Of a DNA stretch of 41,358 bases, positions 34,193 through 41,303 are shown piece by piece. The translations under genes were made by a program, and so were the position numbers. Source of the stretch: a virus. The stretch spans positions 1 to 41,358 of the IMG/VR virus record IMGVR_UViG_3300045988_043014, one strand, 5' to 3'. The notes beneath the pieces are model-generated. The model was not told the origin of the DNA, searched no databases, and saw only the letters and a list, made by a program, of their open reading frames with translations. Position 1 is the stretch's first letter. Each line of letters starts with the position of its first letter.

Positions 34193-34645
34193 TTATTTAT
34201 CTCCTTTGTTTTCTTCATCGGTAGAACCAAATCCACCATTACCACGTTCAGTTTTGTCTAATACAGTTACTTCTTCCATGTTAAATGCTGGGTCTTTCAC
34301 CAGTACGAACTGTGCAATGCGTTTCCCTTCAAGAGCATGATACACAGTATCAGAATCATTGATGACCATCAATGTAATCTCTCCTCTATAGTCGGAGTCA
34401 ATAATGCCTGTACAGTTGGCAAGTCTAATGCCTCTCTGTCCCCATGAACTCCGGATATGAAGTTCACCATGGTATCCTTTAGGGATTGCCATAGCAAGAC
34501 CAGTGTACACTTTTGTCACTACATGCGGAAAAAAGGTAACAGGGTCAGACACAGCAAGATCAAGACCCACCGAGCCTTTGGTCATTTTCTGTGGAACTAA
34601 TGCATGTTCGTACAGCTTCTTAATTTTCAGTGTTGGCAGTTTCAT
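34193..34645 (-). CDS. dut: dUTP pyrophosphatase (trimeric dUTPase, 150 aa)
   Basis: Motifs GLDLAV, IRSSWG, GIIDSDYRGE, RIAQFVL and RGNGGFGSTD. Confidence 0.93.
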   Translation of the reverse strand: MKLPTLKIKKLYEHALVPQKMTKGSVGLDLAVSDPVTFFPHVVTKVYTGLAMAIPKGYHGELHIRSSWGQRGIRLANCTGIIDSDYRGEITLMVINDSDTVYHALEGKRIAQFVLVKDPAFNMEEVTVLDKTERGNGGFGSTDEENKGDK

Positions 34646-35234
34646 TAAATACTCCTTTTCCTAACAAAAATTCAGCAGCCATCGGACACTGCTCCAGAAT
34701 TTCATCACAGAACTTTCTCCATTCAGGAAGTCTATGATTGTGTCTCTGCTTAATCATCGTCTTCAACTGACGATAATTAGTAGTCACTCTTGCGGTGAGG
34801 TGAAGACCAGTTGGGCAAGAGTAAATCAACTGAAGAAAATTAGTTTCGTTCGGTTCTTCATTGTAGTGCTTCTGCAAGACCTTCAGGCGGTTCACAATCT
34901 CTGGGTCTGTGTACGGTGTGAAAGCTGTATCAAGTTCCATCCGAGGAAGTCGATGCATGGATGCCTGAGAAGACACAATCTGCGCGAAATGATACCTTTC
35001 AAACTGTGTCCACATTTTGATCGTGCAAGTCAGATCGAAGGAAACGACAATACCAGACAAGAAGTTATCGTGTCCTTCGGCAGATGCATGCCGAGCTAAA
35101 GACACAGCTCTCTTCCAGTCGTGGTCATCAAGGAATCTGTGCTGCTCTTCAACGTCCAGATATTCCTTCATCGGATACCCAGAAGCACGAATACTATTGT
35201 GCATGTCATAAACCTGAAGATTGTTAATTCTCAT
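34620..35234 (-). CDS. ThyX-like (flavin-dependent thymidylate synthase fold) protein with degenerate RHR motif (204 aa)
   Basis: GHDNFLSGIVVSFDL...QFERYHFAQIVSSQAS...TTNYRQLKTMIKQRHNHRLPEW aligns by eye with ThyX GHETPFEHIVFTFHV...WFRHRIASYNELSGRY...TVNARSLMNFLNLR...AQWEI. RHR is replaced by RYH. Confidence 0.65.
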   Translation of the reverse strand: MRINNLQVYDMHNSIRASGYPMKEYLDVEEQHRFLDDHDWKRAVSLARHASAEGHDNFLSGIVVSFDLTCTIKMWTQFERYHFAQIVSSQASMHRLPRMELDTAFTPYTDPEIVNRLKVLQKHYNEEPNETNFLQLIYSCPTGLHLTARVTTNYRQLKTMIKQRHNHRLPEWRKFCDEILEQCPMAAEFLLGKGVFNETANTEN

Positions 35235-35521
35235 TAGTTGTCTTCCTCCTCTTCACCATATGTAGGACACAGAATTTTCATCCCCTTGAAGTCCAGTGTG
35301 ATCTTTACAATGGGGTATGCTACTTCAATAGTCAGATACTTTGTTGGGATGTTGAAGCATACAAGCGTATGATAAAGATCTCCAATCGTCTGGAAAAGGT
35401 GTTCAAAAGAAGTCCTCTTATAGAGTGCCGTGATAGACCCATCAGGTGCATTAAAATCAGGCTGAACTTCCTTGCACACACGAATCAGGTCATCAATAAT
35501 TTTTGTGCTTTCGTCTCTCAT
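35234..35521 (-). CDS. Hypothetical protein (95 aa)
   Basis: Translationally coupled on both sides (ATGA with the upstream gene, TAATG with the downstream gene). Acidic C-terminus. Confidence 0.55.
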   Translation of the reverse strand: MRDESTKIIDDLIRVCKEVQPDFNAPDGSITALYKRTSFEHLFQTIGDLYHTLVCFNIPTKYLTIEVAYPIVKITLDFKGMKILCPTYGEEEEDN

Positions 35522-35796
35522 TTGTTTTTCTCCTTCTTCATCTCTTCAATTTCCTTCATTTTCTCCTCAATGAGAGGGTCAAATGGATAGATAGTAGGGT
35601 ATGGGTTTGGCAAGATTTCACCCTTTGTCCAGATGATAGCAATCAGCAGATAGAAGCATCCGAAGCAAAAAGCAAAAGACACGAGCCAGAACAGTACCTG
35701 AGCAAATTCATACGGAAAGTATTTCATCAGGTACATGAAGATACCAGACACAATAGCTGAAATAATGCCGATGATGACGCACTGTTTCTTAGTCAT
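35518..35796 (-). CDS. Small membrane protein (92 aa, 2 TM helices)
   Basis: Hydrophobic helices CVIIGIISAIVSGIFMYLM and VLFWLVSFAFCFGCFYLLIAII. Lys/Glu-rich tail. Confidence 0.6.
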   Translation of the reverse strand: MTKKQCVIIGIISAIVSGIFMYLMKYFPYEFAQVLFWLVSFAFCFGCFYLLIAIIWTKGEILPNPYPTIYPFDPLIEEKMKEIEEMKKEKNK

Positions 35797-36079
35797 CTGG
35801 ACTCACCTCAATCAGCAGTCCGGTTCTTACATGCAGTTCAACGGAATCATCACCGTACATCTCAGTATCATCTGAAAGATACGGTTTAGCACCGGGATGA
35901 ATAGCTACTACTTTCAGACTCTTCACCTGTTCAGGCAGTAGTCTTGCACGCTGTCCGAAACCAAAAATGATATCTTTCTTGTTGCCGAAGACCAGCATAG
36001 AATAATTATCTGGGTCGGAATCCATAAGACCAAGCGGGTAGTTATCTGGAACTACCTCTAAGAGTTCTTCAAGAGTCAT
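35789..36079 (-). CDS. Hypothetical protein (96 aa)
   Basis: ATGA coupling with the upstream gene. No recognisable motif. Confidence 0.55.
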   Translation of the reverse strand: MTLEELLEVVPDNYPLGLMDSDPDNYSMLVFGNKKDIIFGFGQRARLLPEQVKSLKVVAIHPGAKPYLSDDTEMYGDDSVELHVRTGLLIEVSPDD

Positions 36080-36963
36080 TTCTTGTCACCTTCTCCTTCT
36101 TTTTCTTCTGCTTCACACTCACAAAGTTCCTTGAGCTGCTTTGCATACCATTCAATCTTTCCGGCGGTCTCAGCTTTGTCACCCTTTCTGCCATATCTGT
36201 AGGCATACTTAATGATGTTGCCCCAAAGGAATCCCTCAAGCTGACAACGGTGCATCAGATGGTTGATAATGTCAATGGCTTCTGGCAGCCCCTTAACTTT
36301 GTAATGAGCTGGATTTACGGCATCTTCAACTTTCTTGTTGAGTGCATCTTCCATGCGTTCGATAGTGCCATCATCCTTTTCCTCAAACTCCATGTCAACC
36401 TCTTCGACTGGCACAATATCCCTAAGAGTATTGTGACGATCAGAGAAGAAGCGACCATCTAACGTGAAGAAATCACAATCGAATATATCAATATCTTTTC
36501 TGTCACACCACTTAACTTCAATAGGATATTCAAGGCTTGCATTTGCATCAATTTTGATGATTTTGCCTACACCAGAAAACTGAGAATAGACCATATCTCC
36601 GACCTTAAATTCTTTGCGTTCTGCATCAATTCTTCTACATGTTTCCATGAATTTTCTGTCCTCCACCATAGATTTTGAATCCTGCTTTTTTGCAATGTTG
36701 TGGTCAATGACACTAGCAATCTGCCCCATTTCTTCGTCACCCCCCTCAAGAAGCACAATATCCCACTGGCTAATTATTCCAACATTAAAGTTTCCTTCAG
36801 GTGTAAAAATAGCACCGTCTCGCTGAAATGGCTGCTTTTTCTTTGTCCACTTTACATGAATTGGATATATAAATAATGGATTGTCATCAATGACAGTGAC
36901 CACGCCTTCGCCCCAATGCGGAGAATAGACACTATCACCAACATGGAACTTTGTCTCTACCAT
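36076..36963 (-). CDS. Fusion protein: two SH3/Tudor-like repeats plus a C-terminal T7 gp1.7-like (DUF3310/SaV-like, nucleotide kinase) domain (295 aa)
   Basis: Repeats KFHVGDSVYSPHWGEGVVTVI...YPIHVKW and EFKVGDMVYSQFSGVGKIIKI...YPIEVKW. C-terminal NPAHYKVKGLPEAIDIINHL...GFLWGNIIKYAYRYGRKG resembles T7 gp1.7 KPSHYMLFDDIEAIEVIARS...GYCFGNILKYRLRAGKK. Confidence 0.7.
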   Translation of the reverse strand: MVETKFHVGDSVYSPHWGEGVVTVIDDNPLFIYPIHVKWTKKKQPFQRDGAIFTPEGNFNVGIISQWDIVLLEGGDEEMGQIASVIDHNIAKKQDSKSMVEDRKFMETCRRIDAERKEFKVGDMVYSQFSGVGKIIKIDANASLEYPIEVKWCDRKDIDIFDCDFFTLDGRFFSDRHNTLRDIVPVEEVDMEFEEKDDGTIERMEDALNKKVEDAVNPAHYKVKGLPEAIDIINHLMHRCQLEGFLWGNIIKYAYRYGRKGDKAETAGKIEWYAKQLKELCECEAEEKEGEGDKK

Positions 36964-37049
36964 AATAACCTCCTTCTTGTTTCAGAATGCCTCTAGGATG
37001 CTCCAAAATCGTTTCTAAGGCGTTCGCAAGGTGTCTAAGTATAATTTAC

Positions 37050-37328
37050 TTAATCACCCTTGAGGAACTTTCTGAAGCGATTTAAGAGATTCCTATGATT
37101 GTGTCTCCTCTTGACTACTGTTATCTTGAACATGGGATCATTGCGATTTCTGACCAGCAGATAGCCATCGTCAGTAAAGGAACTTGTAGTCTCCATAAAT
37201 GGTTTATCTGGATACCATTCGACAATAATAGGATAGACACAGATCTCCTTGTAAATCTTTGTGATTATCCCATAGCCGTGAAATGGAGCATAGACCAGAT
37301 CACCTTCCTTGAATTTAGTAGCAGTCAT
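37050..37328 (-). CDS. Single SH3/Tudor-like repeat protein (about 92 aa), paralogous to the repeats in the 295-aa protein
   Basis: From the ATG at 37328 (AAAGGGAG SD): MTATKFKEGDLVYAPFHGYGIITKI...YPIIVEW. The longer track ORF overlaps the upstream gene. Confidence 0.6.
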   Translation of the reverse strand: MTATKFKEGDLVYAPFHGYGIITKIYKEICVYPIIVEWYPDKPFMETTSSFTDDGYLLVRNRNDPMFKITVVKRRHNHRNLLNRFRKFLKGD

Positions 37329-37638
37329 CAACAGTCCACTCCCTTTCATCCATAATCTCTTTAGCCTTCTCAAGGCAGTTGCAAAACTCATTCATGCAAG
37401 ATGTTTGTCTGTTACCGCACTTATGGTTCTTAGTGATAGACACAATATAGTTCACGGTGTACCCTGTAAGCCACTTTGCGATGAAACTCAAGTTGCCCTG
37501 ACAGCCACCAGTAAACTTGATGTGCGTTACTACATAGCAGTTAGGTTCTACCTTGTCTCCTTCAACGGCTAATACAGGTGTCAAAGTAAACTCAATCTGC
37601 CTACAACAGACTCCTTTCGGAGCAAATTTGAAATGCAT
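37315..37638 (-). CDS. TSCPD-domain protein (TIGR03905-like four-Cys protein, 107 aa)
   Basis: KGVCCRQIEF...FTGGCQGNLSFIAKWLTG...KCGNRQTSCMNEFCNCLEKA matches the remembered TSCPD pattern GVCS..I.F...F.GGC.GN...CG...TSCPDQLA.AL. Confidence 0.65.
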   Translation of the reverse strand: MHFKFAPKGVCCRQIEFTLTPVLAVEGDKVEPNCYVVTHIKFTGGCQGNLSFIAKWLTGYTVNYIVSITKNHKCGNRQTSCMNEFCNCLEKAKEIMDEREWTVDDCY

Positions 37639-37668
37639 TGATTGCCACCCTCCTTTCGTTGTACGTTT

Positions 37669-37690
37669 CCTCTATTAGGTGTCTCAATAA
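37669..37690 (-). promoter_or_regulatory. Phage-RNAP promoter (TTATTGAGACACCTAATAGAGG)
   Basis: Family member about 30 nt upstream of the TSCPD gene start. Confidence 0.75.
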
Positions 37691-37713
37691 CTTGGTCAGA
37701 GGAAGTTGCCTTT

Positions 37714-37735
37714 CCCCTATTAGGTGTCTCAATAG
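37714..37735 (-). promoter_or_regulatory. Phage-RNAP promoter (CTATTGAGACACCTAATAGGGG)
   Basis: Family member in tandem with the previous one. Confidence 0.75.
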
Positions 37736-37804
37736 CTAACTGAGAGACGTTCTCAGTTGCCAATGCCGAAGGCTCGTGGTATAAGACACACAGCTTTAAG
37801 ACAC

Positions 37805-37852
37805 AAAAAAAGACCCCATACCTCACCAGTCCTTTTGGTGCGGTATGGAGTC
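37805..37852 (-). terminator. Intrinsic terminator (TE-like, end of the early host-RNAP transcription unit)
   Basis: Minus strand reads GACTCCATACCGCACCA-AAAGGAC-TGGTGAGGTATGGGGTC followed directly by TTTTTTT. The stem is about 17 bp with one mismatch and one G-U pair. Confidence 0.8.
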
Positions 37853-37860
37853 TTTAAGGA

Positions 37861-38019
37861 TACTAGCTACTAGCTATCTATAAAGAATCTATATATTAAG
37901 TATACTTTAAGTATTCTATATATAGATAGTTAATAGATAGTATATAGTAGTTAGATTTAAGGTATCTAGTAAGACTCCTTATGTTATCTTAAAGATAACT
38001 TAAAGAGTCTTTCCCAGTC
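37861..38019. other. AT-rich, palindrome-rich segment downstream of tandem promoters; candidate primary replication origin (T7 ori-like)
   Basis: Contains the palindromes gttatcttaaagataac (37983-37999) and ctatatatag, plus CTAG modules. It sits where T7 has the AT-rich origin segment after phi1.1A/B. Confidence 0.45.
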
Positions 38020-38042
38020 CCCCTATTAGTTGTCTCAATTAG
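38020..38042 (-). promoter_or_regulatory. Phage-RNAP promoter variant (CTAATTGAGACAACTAATAGGGG)
   Basis: One substitution in the core. Immediately downstream of the RNAP gene. Confidence 0.65.
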
Positions 38043-38067
38043 CCACTATGGAGGATGTCTCAATTAG
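38043..38067 (-). promoter_or_regulatory. Phage-RNAP promoter variant (CTAATTGAGACATCCTCCATAGTGG)
   Basis: The recognition half is conserved and the initiation half is related (CATAG). Abuts the RNAP stop codon. Confidence 0.5.
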
Positions 38068-38070
38068 TTC

Positions 38071-40692
38071 TCAATGGAACGCATAGAGACTACTCAGGAC
38101 TTCATTGATGTTGAAAGAACCCTTTTCAGGAAGTTCAGGAAGTTTCTTTTCGGTCAGGTGTGTGACCTCTTCTGCGAACTCTTTGAGAACATCATGTTCC
38201 GTATAGAGCTGCACAAAGCACTCACGAATGGTCTTGAACATCTGCCCTGCGTTCTCCAAAGTAGTCCCATAAGAGTCGTGAATCATCGCAAAATGGTTAA
38301 TTCCGAGGTCTTTTGCGGTGCAGACAGTGAGCTGAAGGTGACTTGCGTCCATCGAATGAATGAAGTTCGGTGCAATGGAGTTCTCCTGCTTCTTGCTATT
38401 CACATCCCCTAATGTATAGGGAACATAAATTCTCTTCTGTGTCTGGGCGAAGCGAAGGCGGTAGGTCTTACTCTTCGTGGTCAGGTATGGTTGATGAATG
38501 ATAAGACCCATGGGGGTAGTCCACTGGACTACATTCTCATTCTTGCAGATCATTCTAGTGACCTTATGAAGCCACTCCATGCCTTCCACTGCCTTGACTA
38601 CTACTTTCTTGACTGCTTCCCAAATCAGCTTTGCCATGTATGCAGAACATGGTCTAGCATTGTCTTCGGTAAAGACCCCTTCATCAAGGTGAGGTTCAAC
38701 TGTGTCTACAAACACCTGTTCTTTGAAGCCGTACTCTTTAGAGCCGTATGCAAGGGTCATAACAGAACGCTTGGTCACTTTACGATTGACACCAAAGTTC
38801 AACCATAACTGTGCCATGGTCTTCGTACCGTACTTTGGTCTGTTTTTGTCAGCATCCCACTCATCTGCTGTACCATGTTCGGAGTCAGATTTTAACACCT
38901 GATTTACAACATCTGCTACTCTGCCATAAATGTCCTGTGGTCTGTCACTTGGTTTCAGATTGACAGCTTCTGCCCCTACTGGGTCACGAAGGATAGCTGA
39001 AAAGTGCTGAAGACCAGAGCAAGTACCGTCGAATGCTACAGGGACACCAGTTGCCCATCCCACGATAGACCCATTGTGAGAAGCCTTGTATGCTACCATT
39101 TCCTTGTACTCAAAGCAGAACTGAAGGAACTCAAAGGGACAATCAAGATTCCCCCACCAGTCCAACATGGTGATCGGGTCTTCTGCGGTGTCAAGGATAT
39201 TCTGTTCGTTCTCTTTGACCCACTTGATTTCATCGGTGAAAGACACCTTGTCAATCCCCGCAAACTCAGCTCCTGCAATCAAGAACCAACGTTCTGTGCC
39301 ATTATCTGTCACCTTCGGAGCATCTGCGAACTGGATAAGACCCTTGTTAAGGTCATCCCCCTGAAAATTAAAGGACGGAATAGGATAGATACGACCACGG
39401 AAGTCCATATTGCAAGGGAAGTAAATCCTCTCATAGTCCTTGAAGCGTTCAGCCGTGTTGAGGTTAGCTAATACCCTTACCATCTTACCTTTACGGCTTG
39501 ACTCTTTCTTGTACTGGAGAAACATCTTGTGTTTGTGTGCCTTGAGTTCCTCTTCGGTAGGATTATGGAGAGGTGGAAGACCCTGATATGGTTCGGTGCT
39601 AGGCAGACCAGCACGATCTCCACCCATCTTGACAATTTCATGAGCTACCTTGAGTACCTTTTTGTCAATTTTCCATGGGGTACTCTGAATGGCGTTCAGT
39701 GCCTTGAAGGGTTTAGACAGGTCTGCGGACTTCAACTTCTTGAAATACTTCTCATAGTAGTAGCCACCTTCCTTGAAGCGATAGACACGGACTGCCTTGT
39801 TGAAGACCGAGAGTTCACCGAAGTAGCCACCTTCGCTGATACTAGACCAGTCCTTTGGTGGGATAATGGTCGGGCAATTCTTGTATGCATGAAGAATAGC
39901 ATAGTCGGTGTTCGCTTGCCATATATCAAGAAACTTCTGTGTGGCGTGAATGTCATCCGTAGAGCCACCAATTGACTTGAGTTCAAAGAGGTCTGTAGAG
40001 GCAAGCAAGATCTCTACTAACTTGCCCCCTAAAGTCATCCATTCAGCCTTCTCAAAGGTCTTTGCTTTCCATGGGATGTTGGCATCCATGACCTTCTTCT
40101 CAATCTGCTGAACATAGTAGCGGCGATAGTAGTCACTGTTTCTTGTCTTGAGTCCCTTTGAGATACCTACAGGAATGTTTGTAAATTCAAACATCTTCCT
40201 ATTGTTTTCCTTGAGCCAGTCCTGAAACAGGGTACTATTGATATACTTCTGATAGTCAGCGGACTGGAGATAGTTCAGAAATTCCTGCAAGTGAACTTCA
40301 TCCTTGATCTGATCGCCGATACTAGCCCCCACATTAGAGAGCATGGTCTTGTTGTCTTTCTGCGGAAGTACAATCTGATTGATGACGTTAGACAAGAGGG
40401 AAAGACACAAGATAGAAATGAATGTGTCTTCATCTTCAAACTGTGCATGGGAATACTTCAAGAGGTTATAATACATGGGCTTTACGCCTCTTTTAGGAGT
40501 CAGCATCACATCGACCCATGCCTTCATGTTTATTGCAAGGTTCATGTACAGATGGTTAATAAGACCAGACCCCATGGCAGTATGGGACGCATCACCGTTA
40601 GTTTCTTTATACTTGAGGGCATCCTTGAGTTTATCCATCGCCATATTGCGATATTCATTCTCAAGTTTTAACTCATCATCTAACGTAACCAT
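38071..40692 (-). CDS. Single-subunit DNA-dependent RNA polymerase (T7 gp1-like, 873 aa)
   Basis: DFRGRIYP, FDGTCSGLQHF, PNFIHSMDASHL and IHDSYGT motifs, with a C-terminal LYAFH foot. Strong SD AAAGGAG. Confidence 0.98.
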   Translation of the reverse strand: MVTLDDELKLENEYRNMAMDKLKDALKYKETNGDASHTAMGSGLINHLYMNLAINMKAWVDVMLTPKRGVKPMYYNLLKYSHAQFEDEDTFISILCLSLLSNVINQIVLPQKDNKTMLSNVGASIGDQIKDEVHLQEFLNYLQSADYQKYINSTLFQDWLKENNRKMFEFTNIPVGISKGLKTRNSDYYRRYYVQQIEKKVMDANIPWKAKTFEKAEWMTLGGKLVEILLASTDLFELKSIGGSTDDIHATQKFLDIWQANTDYAILHAYKNCPTIIPPKDWSSISEGGYFGELSVFNKAVRVYRFKEGGYYYEKYFKKLKSADLSKPFKALNAIQSTPWKIDKKVLKVAHEIVKMGGDRAGLPSTEPYQGLPPLHNPTEEELKAHKHKMFLQYKKESSRKGKMVRVLANLNTAERFKDYERIYFPCNMDFRGRIYPIPSFNFQGDDLNKGLIQFADAPKVTDNGTERWFLIAGAEFAGIDKVSFTDEIKWVKENEQNILDTAEDPITMLDWWGNLDCPFEFLQFCFEYKEMVAYKASHNGSIVGWATGVPVAFDGTCSGLQHFSAILRDPVGAEAVNLKPSDRPQDIYGRVADVVNQVLKSDSEHGTADEWDADKNRPKYGTKTMAQLWLNFGVNRKVTKRSVMTLAYGSKEYGFKEQVFVDTVEPHLDEGVFTEDNARPCSAYMAKLIWEAVKKVVVKAVEGMEWLHKVTRMICKNENVVQWTTPMGLIIHQPYLTTKSKTYRLRFAQTQKRIYVPYTLGDVNSKKQENSIAPNFIHSMDASHLQLTVCTAKDLGINHFAMIHDSYGTTLENAGQMFKTIRECFVQLYTEHDVLKEFAEEVTHLTEKKLPELPEKGSFNINEVLSSLYAFH

Positions 40693-40709
40693 GATATTCT
40701 CCTTTCTTT

Positions 40710-40772
40710 AATTGAATTAAAATTGAGTTAAATTGAATTAAAATTGAGTTAAATTGAATTAAAATTGAGTTA
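40710..40772. repeat. Three perfect 21-bp tandem repeats (aattgaattaaaattgagtta), equal to six half-repeats of 10-11 bp (AATTGARTTAA)
   Basis: Units at 40710-40730, 40731-40751 and 40752-40772 are identical. The array ends 18 nt upstream of the RNAP ATG. Confidence 0.95.
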
Positions 40773-40816
40773 AAAGACGCAAGCTACTAGCTACTAACTA
40801 CTAACTTGTGTCTCTT

Positions 40817-40846
40817 CCCTCACCTTGTGTCTCAATTATAAATTAG
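40817..40846 (-). promoter_or_regulatory. Promoter-like element upstream of the RNAP gene (CTAATTTATAATTGAGACACAAGGTGAGGG); contains a perfect TATAAT
   Basis: The AATTGAGACAC core is present, the initiation half diverges, and a TATAAT hexamer sits at 40840-40835 on the minus strand. Confidence 0.35.
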
Positions 40847-41254
40847 TTATTCAAACACCAAATCCATGGCGATGTGTCTTGCTACGGTGCGGTTAAGCAT
40901 GGCGGGCATAGACCCTTTTTCATCGTCATAGGTGTGCCATGTGTCGATCACGGCATCACTAGCCCCTAACAGTTCAGCGACTTCAATCGTGATAGCCTGT
41001 CTTGCCCAGTCCGTTGTGTCTCCTTTCTTGGGGATATGGTATCTTCTGAGGTCATCAAGGATTTCCCTGTACTGGCAGTTGCAGACGTTAATCAGCCACC
41101 ACAATGGCTTCCTCTCAAGGATTTCCCCTGTGATGATGTTAGCTAAATCCCATGAGTAGCACAGATGACAAGTGCTATAGCCCGCCAAAAGGTCAATCAT
41201 GAGACCTTTGACGATCTCCTTGAGTTCTTTTGTGCTTTCCAATGTTCTTTCCAT
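40847..41254 (-). CDS. Hypothetical early protein (135 aa)
   Basis: ATG with GGAGGAGG upstream. Last gene before the RNAP gene. No recognisable motif. Confidence 0.6.
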   Translation of the reverse strand: MERTLESTKELKEIVKGLMIDLLAGYSTCHLCYSWDLANIITGEILERKPLWWLINVCNCQYREILDDLRRYHIPKKGDTTDWARQAITIEVAELLGASDAVIDTWHTYDDEKGSMPAMLNRTVARHIAMDLVFE

Positions 41255-41303
41255 GATTATTCTGCCTCCTCCGCATTCTCTTCATCTGCACGTCTCTCCG
41301 TGA

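Noticed and set aside
40710-40772. The 21-bp repeats as a mini CRISPR array.
   Set aside because: The repeats are directly contiguous with no spacers, are extremely AT-rich, and no cas genes or leader are present.
154-41159. All plus-strand ORFs in the track, for example 9904-10563, 12712-13578, 21762-22700, 29141-29926 and 29942-31045.
   Set aside because: Each lies antisense to a minus-strand gene with strong homology. They have Ser/Leu/Cys/Phe-rich, low-complexity translations typical of shadow frames. They lack SD sequences, and no promoter-family copy faces that direction.
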